NCBI GenBank assembly: GCA_964510585.1
Contig: CAZECW010000047.1
Coordinates: 1-21,589, forward strand
DNA: 21,589 bases
Direction of reading: 5' to 3'
Source: an uncultured archaeon
GTDB lineage: Archaea; Asgardarchaeota; Jordiarchaeia; Jordiarchaeales; Jordiarchaeaceae
The notes under the pieces are model-generated. The model saw only the letters and a program-made list of their open reading frames with translations. It was not told where the DNA came from and did not search any database. A program made the translations under genes and the position numbers. Within the stretch, counting starts at the first letter, position 1. The number at the start of each line of letters is the position of its first letter. Shown here piece by piece: positions 1 through 8,440 of the stretch.

Positions 1-206
1 TTTATGAGTTTGGGTAGGGCGGATTGGTCGGTGAGCCCCTCAGCAGCATAGTCCGCTACAGCTTCCGCGGCGTTAGAACGCTCCTCATCGTCTTCACTTT
101 CTAGAAGCTGCACCAAAAGTTTCAGTGCTTCTCGATCCTCGTCACCTTCCTCATTCCAATCCATATTGTCTTGACTATTTTTTGTTTCGCGTTCTTCATC
201 ATTCAT
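1..206 (-). CDS. HEAT/PBS-lyase-repeat protein, 5' part (runs off the left edge; not in ORF track)
   Basis: Manual translation from ATG at 206: MNDEERETKNSQDNMDWNEEGDEDREALKLLVQLLESEDDEERSNAAEAVADYAAEGLTDQSALPKLI... It has an acidic N-tail, then 'LVQLLESEDDEERSNAAEAV' and 'ALPKLI', matching the HEAT_2 pattern (L..LL.D.D..VR..AA.AL...A+P.L). The frame is open to the window edge. Confidence 0.75.
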   Translation of the reverse strand, partial: MNDEERETKNSQDNMDWNEEGDEDREALKLLVQLLESEDDEERSNAAEAVADYAAEGLTDQSALPKLI

Positions 207-782
207 AATCAAACCTTCTTATGCTTTAAGTGACCGCATACACATATATTATGCCGTTAGCAGAGTTAGCGGATACATTTTCTAACATGGCAAAATAGAA
301 CTAATATATTGAGGAGTTCGAAATAAACGGTTCTGCACTAAAAATTTTTCGCATTCCCTAAACCATCTGTAATAATTTAGGCGACTTTTTGAATTATTAA
401 TTTTTCCATTAATGGAGACTTTTTACATAGTTTTGTTTTTCAATTTATGTGTCTATTTTAATGTATTTTTTGCAACTTTACAATGTTAATTTATAAAATT
501 TTCAGAATTCAATTAAATTCTTGAAAAAAATAAAATTAGGATAGGGAGGAATTTTTGGGTTCTACGTAGCTCAACCAAGTGGAAGGCTAACCCTCAGCTT
601 TTCGATGATAAAAACTCTTATATGTTTCACCTCAGAAATATATTGTAAGACCAACACTAATGAGTGGAAAGACAAGTTAAAATAACCATAAAGCACCTTG
701 ATCATTCTCCTCTAAGCAGGAAGCAATTAGCGTTGTTTATACCTCAATTATGTTGGGTAAAAGTTTTTGAAGGGAAAGCGTT

Positions 783-1310
783 ATGGATATTATTATTCGG
801 ACTGTCTTTAACAATCAGAATTGGATGGGCAAATGTAAGAATGCAGATAAGGATCCCCGGCTCTATAAGTGCCAGGAAAAAGTCGTTAATGTGAAGTTTC
901 CCAATTCTGGAGAGTTTAAAACTGACAGGCTGGGAAACTGTGCCTGCCTCTGGTGCTACGAGTCCACTCTTTGTACCGAGTACCGCTGGGTGGATGAAAA
1001 AAGCTTCGCAGAGGCCGATGGGAAAGCCTACTTTGTCTTCCCAGACGTTGATGGCACCCTTGTCCTATGGGGTTTTTCTGAGGTTGACCATGTAGAGAAA
1101 GTCAGAGACATGCACTACCTTTATTTAAAGGAGTTCAAACCCCTACCTGAGGAGAACTGGGTAAGGGGACTAAGGGTCAAAGAAATTCTGGGAACAAGCT
1201 GGAATCGGGGAACCTACCGCTACCTTACCCAAGAAAAAAGCGAAAACCTGGAAAAAATGATAAAAAACCGGTCAAGATATATCGCTGAACAAAAAACAAT
1301 GGCTCTTTAG
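783..1310 (+). CDS. Cys-rich hypothetical protein (175 aa), possibly a PUA/EVE-like nucleic-acid-binding domain
   Basis: ATG start after purine-rich GAAGGGAAAG; protein-like composition; six Cys in the N-terminal half (KC..YKC..NCACLWC..LC); C-terminal 'WNRGTYRYLTQEKSENL'. Function not recognised. Confidence 0.7.
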   Translation: MDIIIRTVFNNQNWMGKCKNADKDPRLYKCQEKVVNVKFPNSGEFKTDRLGNCACLWCYESTLCTEYRWVDEKSFAEADGKAYFVFPDVDGTLVLWGFSEVDHVEKVRDMHYLYLKEFKPLPEENWVRGLRVKEILGTSWNRGTYRYLTQEKSENLEKMIKNRSRYIAEQKTMAL

Positions 1311-1431
1311 TTTCCATCGATAAGAGATTTGAAGTGGCATGGCCCGAATATCGGGAAGTCTGTAAAGCAGCCATGTTCCAACAGCTCTTTTATGGCGAGC
1401 ATAGTTGGAGATAGCGTTTACCGCATGTTTT

Positions 1432-3000
1432 TTAGCTGCTTTCTTCGAGTTTTATTCGGAAGTGTTGGTCGTATGCATTTTTGATTCTGGATGCGGTGTT
1501 GGAGTCGATTATTCCCCGTTTCTCCAGTAGGTTCATTCCTTTTGAGAATTCTTGGGCGATTTGGGGGTTTAGAAGGTAGTTATAGTTTCTGAGCCCCTCC
1601 TCGAAATTCTTGTTCGCCCTACCCTTCTCAATTTCTTCTTGGTAGTTTCGGGCAAGTTTGCTGATTTCTTTTAGTCTTACTATCCGCATCTTATCATTGA
1701 TGGTTACGGGCGATACCACTACGTAGGTTTTTTTGGCCTTTCTGCGATATTCTGCCACATATAATGGTATGAAAATTAGGAAGGGTTGGTTGCTTGGCAG
1801 GCGTTTCAGAGGGATAGTGATTTCCTCGTACTCTATTATGGCTTTCTCGGTTTTTTCCTTCCATGAGTGGAAGGCCGTGATTAGCTGTTCTCTTAATGCT
1901 TCAGCCTTTTCTACGGCTTTTTCGTATTCATCTATTTTGGAAGCCAGCTCTTCGAGTTTTCTCTCTAGTTCCGATTGGATTTCCTTCTCTGTTCTTTGGT
2001 ACTCCTCTTGGATTCTCTTTATTTCTCTTTCCTTGTCAGAGTAGAATTTGTCCACCTCTCTTTTGTAGGCTATGTATTCTCTCTCTAGGTTTTCCAATAA
2101 ATCCTGTAGTTCGTCGACAGCGTCCCTGAAGGCCCCTATTTCGTCAAGCATTTCGTACACGTCTTTTGACTCGACCATTTTCCAAACAGTGTCTGCATGT
2201 TCCGAAATTTTGTTCACTAGTCTTTCTAGGCTTGCTCCGGGTCGGGGCATCTTTTTGTCAAAAGTGGACTCGGAAATCTTGGAAATTTGCCTATCCCTCT
2301 TCTCTTTTTCAGCCTCTAATTTTTCTTGTGATTCTGATTTAAGCTCCGCCTCCTTTTCCTTGTAGTCGCTTTTCATGGCTTTGAACTGTTCAACAGCCTC
2401 CTTGATTCTGGAGTCTATGATTTCTAGAGTTGCTTCATGTTTCTGCTTCTCTCTCTGGATAAGGGTACTGCTGGGGAACCACTCAAGGCAGCTTTCATCT
2501 AGAAACTCCTTATTAATTGTGTATGAAGGCTCAATTACCTCAAACTGCTTCAAATTAGTCCACTCCTCAATCTTGGGTAGAAGCTCCCTAAGCTCAGAAG
2601 CGAAATCTTCACCCAGCCATCCTCTCAATTTTACACCACTAGGCTTCGACTGATAATCAGACACCGCCCTCCTCACATACCTTTCAAGCTCCGAAACAAA
2701 GGATAAAAAGTCTCCCTTACGAAGTTCCTCGGGAACACCAAAATCCAGTATCTGGAGATTAATCTTTGAAGATGAAAATTCACTGCCGTCAAAAACCAGA
2801 GCCTTACTCTCATCAAGGGGGTGAACCCAGAGAGGACAGAAAAACCTAGAAATAGAGGCCAAATCTTCCTCCTTTTTTCTCTCCTCCTCAATTAAAAGCA
2901 GAGCCACCGCTATTTCCACACTGTCCACATCCTTGGAAGTTACCAAACTTCCAGAGGAGGGCAACAAAAAAGGAACCGCAAGAATTCTCTCAAACTTCAT
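1432..3000 (-). CDS. Long coiled-coil protein with globular N- and C-terminal domains (~522 aa)
   Basis: The ORF track starts at 3021 (GTG), but ATG at 3000 is preceded by SD-like GGAAGGTGG and is preferred. The central ~220 aa is E/K/Q-rich heptad sequence interrupted by 'KKMPRPGAS'. No Walker A/B motif and no TM segment. Confidence 0.85.
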   Translation of the reverse strand: MKFERILAVPFLLPSSGSLVTSKDVDSVEIAVALLLIEEERKKEEDLASISRFFCPLWVHPLDESKALVFDGSEFSSSKINLQILDFGVPEELRKGDFLSFVSELERYVRRAVSDYQSKPSGVKLRGWLGEDFASELRELLPKIEEWTNLKQFEVIEPSYTINKEFLDESCLEWFPSSTLIQREKQKHEATLEIIDSRIKEAVEQFKAMKSDYKEKEAELKSESQEKLEAEKEKRDRQISKISESTFDKKMPRPGASLERLVNKISEHADTVWKMVESKDVYEMLDEIGAFRDAVDELQDLLENLEREYIAYKREVDKFYSDKEREIKRIQEEYQRTEKEIQSELERKLEELASKIDEYEKAVEKAEALREQLITAFHSWKEKTEKAIIEYEEITIPLKRLPSNQPFLIFIPLYVAEYRRKAKKTYVVVSPVTINDKMRIVRLKEISKLARNYQEEIEKGRANKNFEEGLRNYNYLLNPQIAQEFSKGMNLLEKRGIIDSNTASRIKNAYDQHFRIKLEESS

Positions 3001-3133
3001 AACGCCACCTTCCAACACCAATCAAACACGGAAATCCAAATCAAAAATACAAAACAATCCGAAATCCACCAAACATTTTCCGGATAGAAAAATAAGGTCT
3101 TCAAACTGTGTTCCAAAAGGGGATATAGTACAA

Positions 3134-3415
3134 TCATTGGCTTATCTCTATGTTTTTTATGTTTTCGGTTAAGTCATGGTCTATGATTATTTTGAGGGCT
3201 CCCTCAGGCGAGTCTATGGTTGCCTTCCTACCAACAAATTTTACCCGGCAATTGTTAACCACAACCTGGTTCGCAACCTCTTCAGTAATTATGCGCTCCT
3301 CTCTTTTGCCTGACTCTTCTCCAGACACCATTATTATCATTACCTTCAAAGCATCACTTTCAACGGTCACATCAACCTTCTGAACCCCTTCATAAGTAGT
3401 TTTCTTTCTAACCAT
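3134..3415 (-). CDS. Small beta-rich hypothetical protein (93 aa)
   Basis: ATG with upstream GGAGATG SD; alternating hydrophobic/polar strands (VDVTVE, VMIIMV, CRVKFVG, LKIII); same strand as and upstream of the coiled-coil gene; ends ...NIEISQ. Confidence 0.75.
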   Translation of the reverse strand: MVRKKTTYEGVQKVDVTVESDALKVMIIMVSGEESGKREERIITEEVANQVVVNNCRVKFVGRKATIDSPEGALKIIIDHDLTENIKNIEISQ

Positions 3416-3711
3416 CCAATCATCTCCAAAAAATTATCAATATCTAAGGTAAAAAGCCTTACCCCCCATAAACGGCCCACCCAATGGTGTCGCACCAACC
3501 AGACGCCTCATAAATTTTTAAAACTTGTTTACGTGACATTTTTAGGTTTAGTCTAGAAAAGAAGCATTTAAATGGGTTCTTTTCCAATTTTGAGCCAGAA
3601 AAATGTTAGGAATTGAACTAGTCCACTTCGCCGATGCGTTTGAATGGCAAGGTTCAATAAGAGGATTTAACTATTTTTGATATTGCAGAGTGTTGACAAG
3701 GAGCTGAAATC

Positions 3712-5247
3712 TTGATTTTCCTATTGACAGACGAAGACAAAATTGGCGGAAACACGGAGGTGGAACCTGATACACACCAAAAAACTGTGAGTTTCTATGT
3801 TGTTGATGCTCACACCCATATCGGTAGGGAGGAGGTTCTGGAATATGGAAAAAAGGCCTACAGAACCAATAATCCAAAGCTCACCCTCGACTTCTATCAA
3901 AGGCTCCAATTTGAAGTTGCGAAAGCTATGAAAGTAAATTCTGGCAAGTACTGCTTTGTTCCCGCTGAGCCCTTCACAAAGCCTCCCCCACTGCTGAGTA
4001 TGCTTCAAGAGAACACTCCGGGGGTAAGAAGCATAGGCTGGACAGTTGACAAGTTTGTAGCCTTCCCCTTCAACGACACCACAGCCTACAATACTAGCCC
4101 TAGCTTCCAGCTCCCCAACGAAATGATTCTGAGCCGAGCAAGAGTTCTCCCCTACTCCCTGAGAATGCTGGGCTTTGTAAGAGTCGATCCCCGAGAGGGA
4201 GAAAAGGCAATCGAAGAAATAACGAGATGCAGTCAGCAAGGAGCCAGAGGATTAAAGCTTCACCCAATTTCCCAAAAATTTCTGAGCGAAGTCACCTCGG
4301 AAAATGTGAGGAAAGTTGTGGTCGCAGCAGCCAGGAATGGTCTTCCAGTGCTCTTCGACTGCAGGTATTACAGCACCGCTGAAGACATTTACCATTTAAC
4401 ACAGGAGGTTAGGGAGGAGCTAGGAGGCAGCGACTTCGCCATAATAGTGGGACATTCGGGAATGGAGTATACCAGGGACGAGCTCTACGAATTTTTCAAA
4501 GATCCCTGCATCTATGCTGAAACCTCGGGAGTGAGAGGATACGATGTTCCCCTCTTTTTCAAAAAGATGAAGAAATGCGTCCCCAACTGGTCGAGCAAAA
4601 TTTTATTCGGAACAGACTACAATTATTTCAGCCTCCCCCAAGCCACAGACTTCCTCTCCTACCTCTTCACAAGGGAGTTCCGCGACGAAATAGGAGGCAC
4701 ACCCCAAGATATACAACGCATTTTAGGAGGAAACCTTCTATCAATAATTAAACCATTCATAGTATCGCCCATTGAAGGAAAGGAAACCCCAACAGATGGA
4801 AAACTTTACCGATTAGCCTCCGAGTTCGCTGATGCGTTCCTCAAAACCTTATCTCTGAGAATATCCTTCCTTATCGGAGAAAAAAGGCTAACCTACATTA
4901 CTTACGAGGTCTTACTCTCCTCAAATTTCGACGTGGACTATGAAAGCTTCATTCTAAACCTGTCCTTCGGTAAGGTCAAAACACCACAAATCAATGAAGT
5001 CATAGTGGTTTCTAAGAGTAGTGATGACGCACGAGAGTATTTGAACGTATGCAACGTAACAGGGAAATTATTCCAAATAGAGGAAGACCTCAAGGAAGAA
5101 ACACCACAGAAAACAATACTAAACAATAAACTCTACACAAAGCTAATACACGAAACAGTCTTCAGCGGCAACCAAGAGGAAATCAAAACCAGAGAAGAAG
5201 CGGAAAAACTTCCAAAAATCCTAATCCCTCAACACACAGATGGGTAA
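3712..5247 (+). CDS. Amidohydrolase-superfamily TIM-barrel metallohydrolase (COG2159/Amidohydro_2-like) with C-terminal extension
   Basis: TTG start with AGGAG SD about 8 nt upstream. Motifs VDAHTHIG (HxH), GFVRVDP, GARGLKLHP, IIVGHSG, ETSG and ILFGTDY. About 160 extra residues follow the barrel. Confidence 0.9.
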   Translation: MIFLLTDEDKIGGNTEVEPDTHQKTVSFYVVDAHTHIGREEVLEYGKKAYRTNNPKLTLDFYQRLQFEVAKAMKVNSGKYCFVPAEPFTKPPPLLSMLQENTPGVRSIGWTVDKFVAFPFNDTTAYNTSPSFQLPNEMILSRARVLPYSLRMLGFVRVDPREGEKAIEEITRCSQQGARGLKLHPISQKFLSEVTSENVRKVVVAAARNGLPVLFDCRYYSTAEDIYHLTQEVREELGGSDFAIIVGHSGMEYTRDELYEFFKDPCIYAETSGVRGYDVPLFFKKMKKCVPNWSSKILFGTDYNYFSLPQATDFLSYLFTREFRDEIGGTPQDIQRILGGNLLSIIKPFIVSPIEGKETPTDGKLYRLASEFADAFLKTLSLRISFLIGEKRLTYITYEVLLSSNFDVDYESFILNLSFGKVKTPQINEVIVVSKSSDDAREYLNVCNVTGKLFQIEEDLKEETPQKTILNNKLYTKLIHETVFSGNQEEIKTREEAEKLPKILIPQHTDG

Positions 5248-5284
5248 GATTCCAAAAAATTCAACGTTACTAGGAATCGAATAT

Positions 5285-5311
5285 AAAAAAGAAAAAAGGA
5301 TTTTTTGTTTT
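5285..5311. terminator. Candidate bidirectional oligo-T terminator
   Basis: AAAAAAGAAAAAA (T-tract on minus) directly followed by TTTTTTGTTTT (T-tract on plus), between the amidohydrolase stop and a minus-strand reading frame ending at 5326. Confidence 0.5.
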
Positions 5312-5325
5312 CACATTCGAAAGGA

Positions 5326-5493
5326 TTACTGGCTCCTGGAGGAGTAAAAGACCCAAGCCCAAAGAATGAACGCTACGAGTATCAAAGCGAAGCCAATAGA
5401 TCTAGGCGTAATTAATACTTCCGGAATTTTTTTCCGTTTTCAGGCGTCTTTTATCACAGTTTTTGCATTTTCCGGTAGTATTTCTGTAGGATT
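5326..5493 (-). pseudogene. Decayed 3' end of a single-TM membrane protein gene
   Basis: One frame reads NPTEILPENAKTVIKDA*KRKKIPEVLITPRSIGFALILVAFILWAWVFYSSRSQ*. It contains a clear TM helix and an in-frame TGA at 5440-5442, has no start codon, and is followed by a T-tract on its strand. Confidence 0.35.
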
Positions 5494-5946
5494 TTAAACT
5501 TTTTCGCACCATTTCTGAATGAAGAATAATTACACCTAAGGTCTACTCGCATTATCTTGTGATACTTGACATCCTACAATCTTAATTTTCACTTGGAAGC
5601 CATTCTAAGCCAAATTTAGAAAACTGCGCCTACTTCTAAGAACAGAAGGGATAGATACTATGCCCAAACGAAAAACACGAGATAATCCGTCAAATTTTGC
5701 GCGAAGCCATTGCGGAGGCTGAAAAGCAAAATGGTTAACGTTAGGCAGCTTTTAGCCCAGAAACTCTTCGGAATTCACTCCGCGCCTTTTCAAATGCAGC
5801 GCGTGCATAGGCGACTTGCGTGTTTCAGAAGCAACAACAAAACAAATAGTCTTCCTAAAAGAGCAGGTTGAACGGTTCATAACCCATGAAGCGGCTTTTC
5901 CGCCAGTCACAGTGAATAGAGGCGAATGATTTGAAGTAAGCAATTG

Positions 5947-5960
5947 CAAAACTTTTTATT
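5947..5960 (+). promoter_or_regulatory. BRE/TATA promoter, probably leaderless, for the abiEi-abiEii pair
   Basis: CAAAAC-TTTTTATT ends about 24 nt upstream of ATG 5984; no SD is visible. Confidence 0.5.
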
Positions 5961-5983
5961 TTTGTAGTTCCTTACTATTCGTT

Positions 5984-6805
5984 ATGAAATGGGAAGATAC
6001 TGCACTAGAAATTCTCAGGTCCGAGTTCAATAACCGAATTTTTAGAGTAGACGATGTGTTTAAGCTCCTAAACGAGAAAAAAGGCTACTCCAGGGGAACA
6101 GCGTATCGTATTCTCCATGACCTTTCCAAGAAGGGATTAATAGAAAGATTGGGCAGAGGCATCTATAAGGTTTTGAAAACCGTTGAATTCAAAGAAAGTG
6201 TGATGGTGTCAGCTAGTGTGAGCGTTAACCTTATTCCAGGTTCACTAACTAAAGCGAGAGATTTGCTTAGAAATAAGGGAATCGAGTTCATGATTACCGG
6301 AGGCTCCTTACTCTATCGCTTTTTCCACCATTTACCCAAGCGTCTCATCCACTTAATATATGTTAAAAAAGGAGCGGGTGAAGTGGCTGTCACACTGCTA
6401 AGGGAAGCAGAAATAAGAGCCTTGCTAAACCCAAGCCGAAGCGAGATCAACATCGCACTGGAAAATTTTCCCGAGAGAGACATTTTCGTAATAAGAGAGT
6501 TCACGGAGCTTCCGGGCAACATTGATGGAAATGCGAGTATTGAGCGGGCTTTAGTGGATTTATATTTTGAGAGTACAAGGAGGAGAATACCTTTTTCTGA
6601 AGAAGAGGCTGGTCGAATTCTCTTCAAAGTATTGAGAACCGAACCAATAAATTTTAGCCATCTGCTCATGCTGGCAGCCAGAAGAGGAATAAGAAAAGAA
6701 ATGGAGGCAATAGCAAAGTTTGTTCACCCCGAGCTTCCCATAAAAGGCAAAAGCGAAAACAAATATGTAAAAAAAGTTGTCAAAGCAATGGAAGTATTGC
6801 GATGA
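5984..6805 (+). CDS. abiEi: Type IV TA antitoxin, AbiEi family (N-terminal wHTH)
   Basis: N-terminal winged HTH ending 'GLIERLGRGIYKV' (AbiEi signature L.R+.RG+Y); C-terminal 'SIERALVDLY' (T/S.ER.LVD); ATGA overlap with the downstream nucleotidyltransferase. Confidence 0.85.
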   Translation: MKWEDTALEILRSEFNNRIFRVDDVFKLLNEKKGYSRGTAYRILHDLSKKGLIERLGRGIYKVLKTVEFKESVMVSASVSVNLIPGSLTKARDLLRNKGIEFMITGGSLLYRFFHHLPKRLIHLIYVKKGAGEVAVTLLREAEIRALLNPSRSEINIALENFPERDIFVIREFTELPGNIDGNASIERALVDLYFESTRRRIPFSEEEAGRILFKVLRTEPINFSHLLMLAARRGIRKEMEAIAKFVHPELPIKGKSENKYVKKVVKAMEVLR

Positions 6806-7950
6806 GTCTGATCCACAATGCAAAATACTTTACCCAAGAAGAAATTTTGGAAAGAGCAAGAAAATACGAATTCCCAAATCCATTAGCTGTTGAAATATTT
6901 CTATGGGACTGCGAAATTGCTGCGCAACTTCAAGACAAATGCGTGGATATGGTGCTTAAAGGAGGAACAGCTGCACAGCTACATCTACCCTTAGAAAAAC
7001 AGAGAGGAAGTGTTGACATCGACCTAGCCACTCCTTTAAGTAAAGTTGATATCGCTGAAGTTGTTCAAAAAATAAGCCGATCCCTAAAAGGGAACGTTAA
7101 GTTTGAGTTACATAAACCGAAGAAACCTACCCCTAAGCTTCCACTCGTAACCTATTTTGCAAAAGCGCCTTCGAAAACAGACCTATCGAGAAAAGAGTTG
7201 GAAATAAAAATTGACATTTTCCTCAAGACCCCTAACTTGCCTACAATAGTGCTTAATAACGTTCAGACTTTTGCAGTAGATGTCGAAAGAATGAAATGTT
7301 TCACGGTTGGAACCCTTATCGGCGATAAGCTTCTCACACTTGCAGAAGAAAGCATAGGCATGACGCTTAAGGCAGATTATCCAAAGCAAATCTACGACAT
7401 AGATGCACTCCTAGAAATATGTGAAATTTCTAAGAACACTATCAATGACATAATTGAATCTGTCAAGACACTCACAAAACTTGAGGCTTCCATTAGAAAC
7501 ATGAAAATCACTCCAACAGAAGCCCTTCACGATGTCATAAAGACAATGGATAAGTATTCGCTGATGAACACAAGCGGTGGCGATGCAAACATCAAAAAGA
7601 ACATAGATGCATTTCAACAATTTTTCGTCAACAAGAATCAAAGAAAACCATTCTACAGTTGGAGTTCCAAGTCCCTAAAAATCAAGTTTCTCGCTACAAT
7701 AATCGGCGAATGCATCGAAAACAAATTAACTGAATCCAACGCTGCCGAAGTTATTACTCAGTCCAAAAGCATTGCAGCCAGACTCAATCAAATTTCTGGA
7801 AAGGACGTTATCGAGGTAAGGAAAAAACTCTTAGACCTTGCCCAAACAAAAATTCCCTATTTTAGGGAAATGAAAGGCAAGACGCTTGACAGAGTCTTTT
7901 GGCAAATCGTAACATTGGAAAACCTTGAAGACATACAATCTATACTATGA
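6802..7950 (+). CDS. abiEii: Type IV TA toxin, AbiEii/AbiGii nucleotidyltransferase
   Basis: Motifs VLKGGTA, RGSVDIDL, DKL and KQIYDI are characteristic of AbiEii-like polymerase-beta NTases; translationally coupled to the antitoxin (ATGA at 6802-6805). Confidence 0.88.
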   Translation: MSLIHNAKYFTQEEILERARKYEFPNPLAVEIFLWDCEIAAQLQDKCVDMVLKGGTAAQLHLPLEKQRGSVDIDLATPLSKVDIAEVVQKISRSLKGNVKFELHKPKKPTPKLPLVTYFAKAPSKTDLSRKELEIKIDIFLKTPNLPTIVLNNVQTFAVDVERMKCFTVGTLIGDKLLTLAEESIGMTLKADYPKQIYDIDALLEICEISKNTINDIIESVKTLTKLEASIRNMKITPTEALHDVIKTMDKYSLMNTSGGDANIKKNIDAFQQFFVNKNQRKPFYSWSSKSLKIKFLATIIGECIENKLTESNAAEVITQSKSIAARLNQISGKDVIEVRKKLLDLAQTKIPYFREMKGKTLDRVFWQIVTLENLEDIQSIL

Positions 7951-7969
7951 TATCTTTCTCCAAACAAAA

Positions 7970-8120
7970 TTAAACACCAATCCTCACAGGCATTTTGGAC
8001 GCTGGAGGATTCTGGAAAGCTAAGGCTATGCCAAGCTTCGCTTTCTCCTCTATTAGCAAGTGCATTATATCTTTCCCTTCAAATATAGACTTTCCCTTTA
8101 ATTTTTTCCTTTTAGTCCCG
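7970..8120 (-). pseudogene. sufC: Internal fragment of the Fe-S assembly ABC ATPase gene sufC
   Basis: Manual translation of 8098-8000 gives KGKSIFEGKDIMHLLIEEKAKLGIALAFQNPPA, matching the SufC segment G.I.f.GeDIt.l...ERA+.GI.LAFQ.P (Q-loop). No Walker A upstream, no start codon, and a stop at 7970-7972. Confidence 0.7.
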
Positions 8121-8440
8121 GGAAATAAACATTTCTATGCCCCCTTTTTTGGAAAGAAGGCGTAAAAACCCAGTTTCATAAGCTGTTTAGGAAAAATTAA
8201 TAAAAAAATCTATATAACCCTTAACGAGAATATTCTTTTCGGAGCACTGTACCTCGCTACCCGAAGATGTCCATTATTAACTCTCTTATAGAGGCAGCCC
8301 TTTAGACGGTTCATCGTACAGGTGGAGAGAGTATCGATAGGCGAGAATGGAATTGTTTTTAGAAATAAGGTTCTCTATTCTTCTTGAGTAAAGTTAATAT
8401 GCTTCACTTTTTAAAAGATTAATTAAAAGGTGTATTTAAA

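Noticed and set aside
557-593. tRNA-like GTAGCTCAACC segment and ORB-like CCAAGTGGAA in the AT-rich gap
   Set aside because: No acceptor stem, anticodon arm or TTCGA T-loop; a single partial ORB match with no cdc6/orc gene nearby.
664-894. 76-aa ORF
   Set aside because: Overlaps the better-supported 783..1310 gene by 112 nt in another frame; no recognisable motif.
1733-3383. Plus-strand ORFs opposite the coiled-coil and 93-aa genes
   Set aside because: Ser/Phe/Leu-rich products expected from the reverse complement of Glu/Lys codons.
5440-5442. In-frame TGA as selenocysteine
   Set aside because: No Cys/redox-motif context, no start codon and no convincing SECIS nearby.
5730-5930. Broken frames reading LAQKLFG / EFT...DLRV, vaguely pyrE-like; also the 5752..5949 minus ORF
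   Set aside because: Needs several arbitrary frameshifts and too few conserved residues match.
8247-8332. Possible pseudoknot (CTGTAC/GTACAG crossing ACTCTCT/AGAGAGT) upstream of the vWA gene
   Set aside because: 6-7-bp complementarities are expected by chance in ~100 nt; no riboswitch consensus recognised.
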